A stretch of 64,000 nucleotides of DNA from an uncultured Verrucomicrobiae bacterium (GCA_963764165.1 CAVXRD010000003.1:288001-352000), one strand, 5' to 3'; counted from the stretch's first letter, positions 48,781 to 58,451 are shown. A program made the numbers and translations. The notes: generated by a model not told the origin, from the sequence alone.

Positions 48781-49752
48781 ATGAAGATCAGCCTCTCAAG
48801 ATTTCTCGCTCTTGCAATCTCGTGCCTCATCGGATGCGTCCCGCACGCGGACGCCCGCGACAACGGTCCCGCCGTGGCGGGCTGGCAGAAATACGCGGGC
48901 GATCCGGTTCTCGGCGGCCAATATGGCACTTGCTTCGATGTTTCGGTGCTGAAAGACGGCGGTGTTTATCGCATGTGGGTTTCGTGGCGGCCAAAACAAA
49001 GCGTCGCTTTGGTGGAAAGCAAGGATGGTTTCCATTGGGATGGACCGCCTCAAATTGTTCTGGGGCCACGGAAGGAAGCCGGTTGGGAAAAGGAAATTAA
49101 CCGCCCAGTAGTAATCAAACGCGGGGACGGTTATCATATGTGGTACACTGGCCAATCTGAGGGACATTCACACATCGGCTATGCCACAAGCCACGATGGG
49201 AAGACGTGGAAACGAATGAGCGAAAAACCGGTCCTCTCGCCTGACCAGCCTTGGGAAAAGGTTGCGGTAATGTGCCCGTCCGTTATTTGGGTTGCGGAGG
49301 CCAAGCTGTTTCGGATGTGGTACTCCGGCGGCGAACAATACGAGCCGGACGCCATTGGTTACGCAACCAGTCCGGACGGAATACATTGGGCCAAGAGCAG
49401 CGCCAACCCGGTGTTCAAGTCCGATCCAAAACTGGAGTGGGAGCATTACAAGGTGACCGCTTGCCAGGTTTTGAAAGACGGAGATTGGTATGACATGTTT
49501 TACATTGGATTCCGGGACATCGATCATGCGCAAATTGGCTTGGCGCGCTCCAAAGATGGAATCGCCAATTGGGATCGCCTTCCTGCAAACCCGATTGTGC
49601 GGCCGACGCCGGAGGGATGGGATCATGACGCGTGCTACAAGCCTTACGCGATATTTGACGGCCAGAAGTGGCTGCTTTGGTACAATGGGCGCCACGCCAG
49701 CCTGGAGCAGATTGGCGTCGTGATTCATGACGGCCACGACTTGGGATTTTGA
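48781..49752 (+). CDS. Secreted five-bladed beta-propeller glycoside hydrolase (GH32/43/130-like)
   Basis: Repeated blades MWY.G...IGYATS.DG..W.K...NPV. Confidence 0.85.
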   Translation: MKISLSRFLALAISCLIGCVPHADARDNGPAVAGWQKYAGDPVLGGQYGTCFDVSVLKDGGVYRMWVSWRPKQSVALVESKDGFHWDGPPQIVLGPRKEAGWEKEINRPVVIKRGDGYHMWYTGQSEGHSHIGYATSHDGKTWKRMSEKPVLSPDQPWEKVAVMCPSVIWVAEAKLFRMWYSGGEQYEPDAIGYATSPDGIHWAKSSANPVFKSDPKLEWEHYKVTACQVLKDGDWYDMFYIGFRDIDHAQIGLARSKDGIANWDRLPANPIVRPTPEGWDHDACYKPYAIFDGQKWLLWYNGRHASLEQIGVVIHDGHDLGF

Positions 49753-51419
49753 AGATACTGGGAGGATTGAATCTGGAACGCCCGAACTCAGGAAAAGAGA
49801 CTGCTGGCTTGAGCAAACTCCCTTTAATTTCGCTGATTATTTTGTTCGCGGTCGAGTATTCCGGTCTGGCGCAAACTTCCGCTTCAAATAGTGGCGGAAC
49901 ACTGTCAACTCCGCATAGTCATATTTTGCAGGCGGACTCGTTCAAGCACTTCGTTGATGAGTTTAACCGCGATGACGATGAGCGTTACAAAGGGTTCTTT
50001 CCAAATGCGGTTGCGTGGGATTTTCTAAAAGACAACGTCCCTCTTTTTGATTGCCCAGACAATGACATAGAGAAAATCTACTATTTTCGATGGTGGACCT
50101 ACCGCAAGCATATCAAACAGTCACCGAACGGATTCATTATTACCGAGTTCCTCCCGGATGTGCCGTGGGCCGGAAAGGATAACTCGATCAGTTGCGCGGC
50201 GGGGCATCATTTTTACGAGGGCCGCTGGCTGGCCGACCCGAAGTATCTGGACGATTACTCGGTGTTTTGGCTTCGCAAAGGCGGCGAACCGCGGCGATAC
50301 AGTTTCTGGGCGGCCAACGCACTCTGGGCCCGCTATGAAGTGACTGGCGACAGCCGCTTGATCATCGAACTTCTGCCAGACCTCATTGCCAATTACAGAG
50401 CATGGGAGGCCGGGCACCAAGACACCAACGGCCTCTTCTGGCAAACTGACGATCGCGATGGCATGGAAGTTTCCATCGGCGGGAGTGGGTATCGCCCGAC
50501 GATCAACAGCTATATGTATGGCGATGCGATGGCTATCGCCAAGATCGCCCATTTGGCGGAGCAGGATTCCGTCGCCCGCGATTTCCAGGCAAAGGCCGCA
50601 CGGATAAAGCAATTGGTTCAGACGCAGCTTTGGGATGCAAGCGCTTCGTTTTTCGAAGTCCTACCGCGCCAGCCTGCGGCCCATCTCGTGAACGTCCGCG
50701 AGGAACTCGGCTACACGCCCTGGTACTTTGAACTTCCCGATACGGACAAATCAGGAGCATGGAGCCAACTGATGGACACGAACGGCTTCTACGGCCCCTA
50801 CGGACCAACGACAACCGAGCAACGAAACCCTGGCTTCAGCATCGCTTACCAAGGACATGAATGCCAATGGAATGGGCCAAGCTGGCCCTATTTGACCTGC
50901 ATGACGCTAAGCGGCCTGGCCAACGTGCTCGACGATTATGCTCAAAAAGTCGTGTCGCCAAATGATTACTTTAAGCTCTTTAAAATTTACACCACATCCC
51001 AACACAGAAAGCTCTCCGACGGACGCGTCATTCCGTGGATTGACGAAAATCTCAACCCAACCAACGGCGATTGGATTTCGCGCACGTTGCTTCTTCAGCG
51101 AGGCTCCGAAATTCCCGAACGTGGAAAGGACTATAATCATTCAACCTACTGCGATCTCGTCATGAGCGGTCTGGTTGGGTTGCGCCCACGCGCGGACGAC
51201 CGCATTGAAGTGCGCCCGCTGGGGCCGCCAACGTGGGATTATTTCTGCCTGGACCAAGTCCGCTATCATGGACACTGGCTCACGATTGTGTGGGATAAAA
51301 CTGGCGAGCATTACCATCAAGGACGCGGCTTGCGTGTGTTTGTGGACGGGCTCGAAAAAGGTGCCGTCAATTCGCTGGAACGAATGACTGCGGCTTTGCC
51401 TATTTCTACAACGCGCTGA
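49749..51419 (+). CDS. (alpha/alpha)6 glycoside hydrolase, GH63/MGH1-like
   Basis: YYFRWW, ITEFLP, DRDGME, CQWNGPSWP, DYNHSTY; overlaps the upstream GH by 4 bp. Confidence 0.85.
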   Translation: MKILGGLNLERPNSGKETAGLSKLPLISLIILFAVEYSGLAQTSASNSGGTLSTPHSHILQADSFKHFVDEFNRDDDERYKGFFPNAVAWDFLKDNVPLFDCPDNDIEKIYYFRWWTYRKHIKQSPNGFIITEFLPDVPWAGKDNSISCAAGHHFYEGRWLADPKYLDDYSVFWLRKGGEPRRYSFWAANALWARYEVTGDSRLIIELLPDLIANYRAWEAGHQDTNGLFWQTDDRDGMEVSIGGSGYRPTINSYMYGDAMAIAKIAHLAEQDSVARDFQAKAARIKQLVQTQLWDASASFFEVLPRQPAAHLVNVREELGYTPWYFELPDTDKSGAWSQLMDTNGFYGPYGPTTTEQRNPGFSIAYQGHECQWNGPSWPYLTCMTLSGLANVLDDYAQKVVSPNDYFKLFKIYTTSQHRKLSDGRVIPWIDENLNPTNGDWISRTLLLQRGSEIPERGKDYNHSTYCDLVMSGLVGLRPRADDRIEVRPLGPPTWDYFCLDQVRYHGHWLTIVWDKTGEHYHQGRGLRVFVDGLEKGAVNSLERMTAALPISTTR

Positions 51420-51433
51420 AGTTGCGACGCTCC

Positions 51434-51586
51434 TAATGGCGATTTCCAGTTTTATCCCTTTAAAAAGGACAAAGTCGACCCAAACCGTCCTTCGCAAAAG
51501 GATAATTAAGCAGCTTCTGCAAGCTGAACGCGGGTGGTGGGAGACAGAATTCTTCCCCAGGCGTTGCCGCCAAGCGCCGTAGGCGC
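51434..51586 (+). repeat. 153-bp direct repeat, copy 1
   Basis: Matches 54999-55151 with 4 mismatches by eye. Confidence 0.92.
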
Positions 51587-51878
51587 GAAACCTTTGTAGA
51601 AACGATCAAAATAGGATTTTCAAGCTCCGTCAGGAGCGGCACCTTCCGAGTTTGGTAAACGCCTGCATGGCAGATTTGCATTCACGTCGTATTTACCGTC
51701 TCGGGCCGGCAAAATCCCATCATGTGGGAGCGAATGGCTGGAAAGGTTCTGGGTTGCATGTGAATCCGCGATACTTATGCAAAACAGCCGACGGGTGATC
51801 GCCGCCCGTGCCGCTCCTGACGGAGCTTGGAATGTCTGTCTTGGTCGTTTCTACAAAGGTTCCGCGCCTACGGCGCTT
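51572..51878 (+). mobile_element. Decayed, internally deleted IS200/IS605-like (RAYT-type) tnpA between REP-B arms
   Basis: About 51652-51721 reads LVNACM/QICIHVVFTVSGRQNPI; about 51735-51798 reads EWLERFWVAC/PRYLCKTADG*; the HUH core is missing. Confidence 0.7.
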
Positions 51879-52022
51879 CTGAGGCCGCGAGATTTTTCAA
51901 AGCGCCTGAACTCGCTGGCTCGATGAAAGTCTATTCCCGCGCACCTACAAAACGTAGATACTCCGTCGGGTGAAATAATGCTTAATGAAGAATTCTGTCT
52001 CACGCCCACGAGTGGGATCTCG

Positions 52023-52778
52023 TCATGCTGATGCAGGTCTTGAAGTCTTTCTCTCTTCCGGCTTGGTGAGCCATGAAATTAGCAGGAGAAGCGCGATCGG
52101 CCATGTCACTGTCGCAAAAAGATTTGGCAATAGGATCTGGCCAAGATTTGACCAAAAGGACTGGTAGGGCTGGTAGAACTCGGCGTGTTTTAGGTTGAAT
52201 CCCCATTGAAGAATCCTGAATCCTTCGTTCAACGCCAGCCATCCCCATGCGGCACGGATAAGCCGCGATCGTGATTGAAACCATGATTCCAACACCGAGA
52301 ATTTTGCGCTGGTCCCTCGCAGAAGGAAAAATGCAATAATAAAAATCGGCACGTCTCGCAATGCAAAGCCGCTTACGAGCTGGCCATATGTGTACCAAAA
52401 CCCGAATTGTCGCGGCCAATTCTTCCAAGGATCGTTTATCAGCGTCAGCAACTCCCAGTTGATTATATTGGCGCTATTGCTCCATAAAGCCACGGCAAGC
52501 AAGGCGCCAGCCATCCACAAAACACGCTTTCGCCAGATCAGTGTTGGATTCGCCTTTACAAACTCTTCATCAAGCTTGCTGGGCTGGCCCACCCGGCGGC
52601 GCGCAAGCCAGAATGACTCCTCGTCGTCCAAGCCGAGTCGTTGGAATCCGACGATGGCGTCAATCAGGTGGGCTTCCAGTTCGCGGCGAACCTCTGCAGT
52701 GAGGTTGGCTTGCGCGGCCAACTCCTGGCGCCAGTTTTCAATGGCGGCGTTTAGGTCGTAACGGGTTTGATTTTCCAT
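52023..52778 (-). CDS. Permease-prefix-domain membrane protein
   Basis: YDLNAAIENWR..ELEAHLID...GLDDEESF.LARRRVG, followed by several TMs. Confidence 0.85.
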   Translation of the reverse strand: MENQTRYDLNAAIENWRQELAAQANLTAEVRRELEAHLIDAIVGFQRLGLDDEESFWLARRRVGQPSKLDEEFVKANPTLIWRKRVLWMAGALLAVALWSNSANIINWELLTLINDPWKNWPRQFGFWYTYGQLVSGFALRDVPIFIIAFFLLRGTSAKFSVLESWFQSRSRLIRAAWGWLALNEGFRILQWGFNLKHAEFYQPYQSFWSNLGQILLPNLFATVTWPIALLLLISWLTKPEERKTSRPASA

Positions 52779-53089
52779 AATTTGCTCAATGTGTTGTGAA
52801 CGGCCAGCCACTGCTGGCGCTCGGCTTTGAGTGCTTTGCGTCCGCCCGCGCTGATGAAATAATACTTCCGCTGGCGCCCGGTGTCCGCTTCCTTCCATTC
52901 GGATTCAATGAGGCCGTCATGCTCCAGCCGATGCAAAACGGGATACAGCATGCCATCGCTCCATTCGATGTGGCCGCCGGACAGCTCGCGCACCTTTTGG
53001 ATGATCTCGTAGCCATAACTCTCGCCCTCCGCGAGGATGGAAAGCACCAGCGGTTTCGATGAGGCGGCCACTAAATCTTTCGCAAGCAT
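52751..53089 (-). CDS. PadR family transcriptional regulator
   Basis: ESYGYEIIQKV, GMLYPVLHRLE, RQRKYY. Confidence 0.92.
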   Translation of the reverse strand: MLAKDLVAASSKPLVLSILAEGESYGYEIIQKVRELSGGHIEWSDGMLYPVLHRLEHDGLIESEWKEADTGRQRKYYFISAGGRKALKAERQQWLAVHNTLSKLWKIKPVTT

Positions 53090-53095
53090 GGCACA

Positions 53096-53124
53096 TCTAT
53101 ACATTGCGCTGCCACATATGTCAA
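53096..53124 (-). promoter_or_regulatory. sigma70 promoter placed for a leaderless padR mRNA
   Basis: TTGACA-N17-TATAGA, then 6 nt to the ATG; no SD. Confidence 0.55.
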
Positions 53125-53175
53125 CTGTGAACGCGGGCAGACGCATCTTAATTCGGAGGTAGGGACGCCTCGCCG

Positions 53176-53315
53176 GAGACTGTCTCAAAACTCAAAAACG
53201 GCTTTAAAAAGCACCACAAAAACACCCTCGCCGAAAATAAAAATGCGCCATATCGCAAATGAGAGAATCATAGTATTGACACACTTTGAGGATTTTGTAG
53301 TTTTGAGACAATCTC
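53176..53315. mobile_element. 140-bp AT-rich MITE inserted in a REP-A loop
   Basis: 17-bp TIRs GAGAYTGTCTCAAAACT (16/17 match); 4-bp GCCG duplication at 53172-53175 and 53316-53319. Confidence 0.88.
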
Positions 53316-53411
53316 GCCGAGGCGTCCCTACCAATCAGCGAGCCTGGGGCTCGTGACTGTGGCCGCTTTTGCCATTGTGCCGAAAGCGCGGCCTGATATT
53401 AGTCTGGGGCT

Positions 53412-54815
53412 GTGATCGGCGTCCGATACACCGCTGCATTGATCCTGGCTTTTGGCCTGCTGAGTTTGTGCTCATGCGCCACCCGAAGGTCAATCCCTCC
53501 CGCGATTCCCAGCGAGGCCAGTTTTAATGACGATGCCGGCCATGGGCGTTATCTGCGATTGAAGCTCCATCTTAAAGGGACCAAAGAAGTCGAATTCCTG
53601 GTGGACACCGGCAGCCCGGCGACCATTTTGCCCGCGGAATGGGAATCAAAACTTGGAGAGCGTCTTGGCGTCGCGGTGATGGAAGCATCCCAACGGCTGA
53701 CAACCAACGGTGTGTATGAAGCACCCGATCTCTACTTGGGCGACACTCCAATGCGGACGGGAGCCTTGATTCAGACCGATGCTCGCATGAGCATATTGGG
53801 CACGGACACCTTGAAACACTATTGCATCCAGTTGGACTTTGCCTCCAACAAAATGCGGTTTCTAGATCCTGATAGGTTGAATGCAAACGGCTTGGGAAAC
53901 GCCTTTCCGCTGACCATATTCGGGGATCATGTGAAGGCAGATGCGCGGATTTTGGGTGTGGATAACTGGGTGGTTGATACAGGGACTCCTTTCGATGCTG
54001 TGATGGACGCCGGGGCGTTTGATCGCGCCTCCAGCGATCAGGAAGCCGTGCCCATTGCCATTTCAAAAAACACAATGCCAAGATTCGGCGCTTGCTTTCC
54101 CCGGGCGGTGCTCGGCGGCGATACTTATACCGATCTATTCGTGGCCAAGGCGCCCGTCGGAATTCCGAATATAATCGGTCTTTCGCTGCTGGCTCGAAAT
54201 CTGGTGACGTTTAATTTCCCGAAGCGGGTGATGTATCTTAAACCGGTGGTTGAAGGACCTCTGAATTTGGGCGGTGTTCTTACACTGGAAGCACGAACAC
54301 TTCTGTGGAGCTTGGCGGAAAAGGGACAATTGCCGGGACTCGCAAAAGGCGACCGGGATATTCACTGCGAACAGGAGGGCGAGGATACCGAGACCTATCC
54401 CGCGTCCAGAACTTTCAAGGTTCAAACGGGAAATTGCGTCGACGTTACCGAGAAAATCAAATTTTTCGTGTCCGGCAACATGCGTCCTATCCCAGCCGCT
54501 AATGAGATGGCTGGAAGCGATCCGGCTCCGGGCATCGTGAAGGAATTACGCGTCGAGTTTCGTCTTGGCGGCCGGACACAGGTCGCTGAAGCTGCCGAAG
54601 GCGAAATGCTGACGCTGCCCGAAGGCGCGGAGATCTTGACGGCACTCTATGGCGCAATCCTGGAAACCAACGGTGATGCCATTGGCGAGAATGGCGAAAC
54701 TTTGACGTATCATTATCTTGTTGTTCAGGAATCCAGAGGCCGCCCGTGGAAGTTGCAAAGGGCGTGGCTGACCGGTGCTAAGGGGCGAATTGTAAAGGAA
54801 TATCACTGTTCTTAA
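53412..54815 (+). CDS. Lipoprotein: tandem retropepsin-like aspartyl protease + DUF3395-like domain
   Basis: LSLCSC lipobox-like; VDTGS and VDTGT; ILG/IIG; GSDPAPGIVKELRVEF. Confidence 0.8.
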   Translation: MIGVRYTAALILAFGLLSLCSCATRRSIPPAIPSEASFNDDAGHGRYLRLKLHLKGTKEVEFLVDTGSPATILPAEWESKLGERLGVAVMEASQRLTTNGVYEAPDLYLGDTPMRTGALIQTDARMSILGTDTLKHYCIQLDFASNKMRFLDPDRLNANGLGNAFPLTIFGDHVKADARILGVDNWVVDTGTPFDAVMDAGAFDRASSDQEAVPIAISKNTMPRFGACFPRAVLGGDTYTDLFVAKAPVGIPNIIGLSLLARNLVTFNFPKRVMYLKPVVEGPLNLGGVLTLEARTLLWSLAEKGQLPGLAKGDRDIHCEQEGEDTETYPASRTFKVQTGNCVDVTEKIKFFVSGNMRPIPAANEMAGSDPAPGIVKELRVEFRLGGRTQVAEAAEGEMLTLPEGAEILTALYGAILETNGDAIGENGETLTYHYLVVQESRGRPWKLQRAWLTGAKGRIVKEYHCS

Positions 54816-54998
54816 TATTTCAACACCTTTGCGGGGGGCGCGCATCGCGCGCATTCGATGCACTGGGAATTGCAATGGGATCCATCGGAGGTTGCGGGTC
54901 AGCCGTCGCATGGCTGCTTGGGTACAAACTGCCCCGCAAATCGCATTGTTATTGGATCCCGCATCGATTGCGAGAAAGCCCACCAAAAAAGCTTTTTT

Positions 54999-55151
54999 TA
55001 ATGGCGATTTCTAGTTTTATCCCTTTAAGAAGGACAAAGTCGACCCAAATCGTCCTTCGCAAATGGATAATTAAGCAGCTTCTGCAAGCTGAACGCGGGT
55101 GGTGGGAGACAGAATTCTTCCCCAGGCGTTGCCGCCAAGCGCCGTAGGCGC
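54999..55151 (+). repeat. 153-bp direct repeat, copy 2
   Basis: Offset 3565 bp from copy 1. Confidence 0.92.
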
Positions 55152-55410
55152 TTCGGTGGTCTTGCATTTTCCCGCGCGCCTGGCAATTCTTCCCGCGTCT
55201 GTCCATTTCCGAGATACTCTGACGGGGGAAAAAATGTTAATGAAGAATTTTATCTCGCGCGCGATCCTTCGGACGGAGCGCACTTGACCTTGTCAAATCG
55301 CCGCCGTACCGGCTTACTTTGGGTTGGGGAAACAACTCCAGTTCACATCCAATATTAGGAAGAAAATGCAACGCCAGAAAAGAAATCGGTCCCGAAACCT
55401 CCGTTCAGCA

Positions 55411-57342
55411 ATGAATCCCCGCTCGGTGGCTTGGTGGGCGGTGGCGGCGCTTTGTGTCGCGCTCTTTCCGGCCGAGGCGCGCGCGCAAGCATCCGCCGCC
55501 ATGTTCCCCAGCGATGCGCCCGCGAAATTCCAGCCCAAAACCGACGAATTCGACTACGTGAAGCGCGAGGAAATGATTCCGATGCGTGATGGCGTTAAGT
55601 TGAAGACTTTCATCATCATTCCGAAAGGCGCGGCCCAAGCGCCGATGCTGCTGACCCGCACGCCTTACAATGCCTCGGCGAGGGTATCGCGCTTTAACAG
55701 CACTCATCTCGCCTCGGTCGTGCCTCAAATGGACGATACCGCCGCGGCAGCCGGCTACATCATTGTTTTTCAGGACGTGCGCGGCAAATACGGTTCCGAA
55801 GGCGATTACGTGATGACCCGGCCGATCAAAGGTCCGCTCAATCCGACTGAGGTTGATCACGCGACCGACACTTACGACACGATTGATTGGCTCGTGAAAA
55901 ATGTGCCCGAATCCAACGGGCGCGTGGGGACCATTGGTGGATCTTATGAGGGGTTCACGACGGTTCTGTCCACGGTGCATCCGCACCCGGCGCTTAAGGC
56001 CGCTGTGCCGTTCGCCCCGATGATTGATGGCTGGATGGGTGACGATTGGTTTCATAACGGCGCGTTTCGGCAGAACGGCACTCTCGAATATATTTATGGA
56101 CAGGATACAACCCGCAGCGGCGACAAGGGTTGGTGGACGGGCACGCACGATACTTACGATGAATTCCTGAAAGCCGGTTCGGCGGGCGCGATGGCCGCGT
56201 CCCGCGGGTTGGAGCAAGCCGGCTTTTGGCGCAATCTCTCGGCGCACCCTGCCTACGATTCCTATTGGCAGGAACAGGCTGTCGACAAATGGCTGGTCAA
56301 GGAACCGATAACGGTGCCGACGCTCATCGTGGATGGACTTTTCGATCAAGAGGATATTTACGGCGGCCCCGCGCTCTACAAAGCCCTGGCCGGAAAAGAT
56401 CCGAGCGGGCAGTTTATTCATTTGGTGCTGGGCCCGTGGAACCACGGACAAGGACGGCGCGAAGGCCGGGGAATCGGCCAAATACAATTCGAGGGCGACA
56501 CGGCGACATGGTTCAGGCGCACCGTAATGCAACCGTTCCTGGACTATTACCTTAAGGACGCGCCGATGCCCGACACGCCTCGCGTGCTCGTCTATGAAAC
56601 TGGCGCGGATGTTTGGCACCGCTACGATTCCTGGCCGCGCTCGGCAGCCTCGGGATCGCCAGAGAAAGCCCACGATTTATATCTGCTCCCCGGCGGCGGA
56701 CTTGGGTTCGTAGCACCCGCGGCGTCCACGAACGATTTCGACGAGTATGTTTCTGACCCGTCCAAACCGATTCCCTATCGGGCGCGGCCGATCCAAGATT
56801 TGGAATGGGGCGAATGGCTGGTGGACGATCAACGGTTTGCCGCGTGCCGGCCGGACGTTCTGGTATATGAAACCGAAGCTCTCAAAGAGCCATTGCGCGT
56901 TGCGGGCGAGCCGATCGCGCGCTTTTTTGCCTCCACCAGCGGGACCGATTCCGATTGGGTGGTGAAGATCATCGACGTCTGGCCTGACGAGGTTCCCGAT
57001 CATCCTAAACTTGGCGGTTATCAACAATTGCTGTCGGCGGACATTTTGCGCGGTCGCTACCGGGAAGACCCAGCCAATCCGAAGCCCATCGAATCCGGCA
57101 AGGCGCTGCCGTATCGTCTGCGGCTGCCCAACGTGTGCCACAAGTTTCTGCCCGGCCACAAAATCATGGTGCAGATTCAATCAACGTGGTTCCCGCTGTA
57201 CGACCGCAATCCGCAAACTTACGTGCCGAATATTATGTTCGCCAAGCCTGAGAACTACGCCAAAGCAACACAGCGGATCTGGCACACGCCGGCGAGCCCG
57301 AGCTTGATCGAGTTGCCGGTGATTAGTCTTCAGTCGCAGTAA
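55411..57342 (+). CDS. CocE/NonD family hydrolase (alpha-amino acid ester hydrolase-like)
   Basis: MRDGVKL, RTPY, QDVRG, GGSYEG, GPWNHG, WFPLYDRNPQ. Confidence 0.93.
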   Translation: MNPRSVAWWAVAALCVALFPAEARAQASAAMFPSDAPAKFQPKTDEFDYVKREEMIPMRDGVKLKTFIIIPKGAAQAPMLLTRTPYNASARVSRFNSTHLASVVPQMDDTAAAAGYIIVFQDVRGKYGSEGDYVMTRPIKGPLNPTEVDHATDTYDTIDWLVKNVPESNGRVGTIGGSYEGFTTVLSTVHPHPALKAAVPFAPMIDGWMGDDWFHNGAFRQNGTLEYIYGQDTTRSGDKGWWTGTHDTYDEFLKAGSAGAMAASRGLEQAGFWRNLSAHPAYDSYWQEQAVDKWLVKEPITVPTLIVDGLFDQEDIYGGPALYKALAGKDPSGQFIHLVLGPWNHGQGRREGRGIGQIQFEGDTATWFRRTVMQPFLDYYLKDAPMPDTPRVLVYETGADVWHRYDSWPRSAASGSPEKAHDLYLLPGGGLGFVAPAASTNDFDEYVSDPSKPIPYRARPIQDLEWGEWLVDDQRFAACRPDVLVYETEALKEPLRVAGEPIARFFASTSGTDSDWVVKIIDVWPDEVPDHPKLGGYQQLLSADILRGRYREDPANPKPIESGKALPYRLRLPNVCHKFLPGHKIMVQIQSTWFPLYDRNPQTYVPNIMFAKPENYAKATQRIWHTPASPSLIELPVISLQSQ

Positions 57343-57400
57343 ACGCTGCGCGAGGAGATATCTGATCGTCGCATCTCATTCTTTGCACCTGCTCACATCT

Positions 57401-57566
57401 GTGCCGCCCCTACGGGGCTTAACACCATTAGCGTCGGTTGCTACAAATATATCGCCCCTGACGGGGCTTCGGAGCTGGCGCTAGACGGGCTGCATGAGCG
57501 CCGTAGGCGCGCCATATTTGTAGTAACGCGCCAAAAAAAACTCCTGAGCCCCGCCAGGGGCGACAC
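57401..57566. repeat. REP family B variant cluster
   Basis: GCCCCTACGGGGCT, GCCCCTGACGGGGCT, AGCGCCGTAGGCGC, AGCCCCGCCAGGGGC. Confidence 0.75.
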
Positions 57567-57658
57567 AGCAGCCTTGCCATAAAATGAGATGCGCCCACAT
57601 CTGATCGTCGCAACTTTTCGGATTTGAGCCTGATTTCGATTCCGGGTAAAATTGCCTT

Positions 57659-57868
57659 ATGACAGCGGCAAAAGTTATTGAGAAAATCATGCATCTTCCT
57701 CGTGAAGAGCAATCCCGCGTCCTTGAATTTGCTCTTGAACTCAAGCGCAAGCGCCAGCTTTCGGGAAAGGAATTATCTGCGTTGGCGCACCAGATGGTCG
57801 ACTCGGACGATCCCGCTGAAGTGGAACGAAGGAAATCGGTGATCATGCGCGGCTTTTACGGAGACTAG
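57659..57868 (+). CDS. Small antitoxin-like hypothetical protein
   Basis: MTAAKVIEKIMHLPREEQSRV pattern; no toxin gene follows. Confidence 0.65.
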   Translation: MTAAKVIEKIMHLPREEQSRVLEFALELKRKRQLSGKELSALAHQMVDSDDPAEVERRKSVIMRGFYGD

Positions 57869-57992
57869 CCGTGCTGCGAACACGACGAGAGATTTCCTTA
57901 TTGTATTTAGTGGAGTGGGGATTTTTTCTTGTTCCTCTGCGAACTCATCTTCTCTGCGCGAAAGTTCTTTTCCTTCTGGAAATGGATCGCCG

Positions 57993-58340
57993 CTAGTCAA
58001 GTCGAACGCACGATTCTATCTCGGCAAAAGAAAACGTGACGCCGTCAATGACAAGCGGCAACGCTTTTATCTTTGCTTCTTCGATGAAAAGAAGGTCGTT
58101 CGAAAGTCGAAGTTTGCCCTTGAGCCGAATCCCGTTGCGGAGCCAGACCTCCGCCTCGCATCCAATTGGCAGATTCAATTTCTGGGCTGCCGCTTCCGCC
58201 GCCATTTTGCGAAGATTGACCCATTCGGAATATCCCGCTTCCGCGCTCGCGCCTTGAAAATTGAGCTCGCCTTGAGATTGCACCGCAATGCCTTTGGTCT
58301 TCACGGAGACTAAGAATTCCGGCTGGGCAGGGCAATTCAT
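57993..58340 (-). CDS. Hypothetical protein
   Basis: Intact ORF ending EIESCVRLD; start uncertain. Confidence 0.65.
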   Translation of the reverse strand: MNCPAQPEFLVSVKTKGIAVQSQGELNFQGASAEAGYSEWVNLRKMAAEAAAQKLNLPIGCEAEVWLRNGIRLKGKLRLSNDLLFIEEAKIKALPLVIDGVTFSFAEIESCVRLD

Positions 58341-58451
58341 TTTTAGGTGATTTCATTGCTCTAATAAAATCGCGGCCAGTGTGTCTTATCATACGAACAT
58401 GGTTTCCGTTGAGGAACTTAGTGGCGCGAGCCGGGTTCATGGTGAGGCAGC

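Noticed and set aside
51434..55151. Integron attC sites or prophage att sites
   Set aside because: No clear RYYYAAC/GTTRRRY boxes, and no integrase, tRNA or phage genes.
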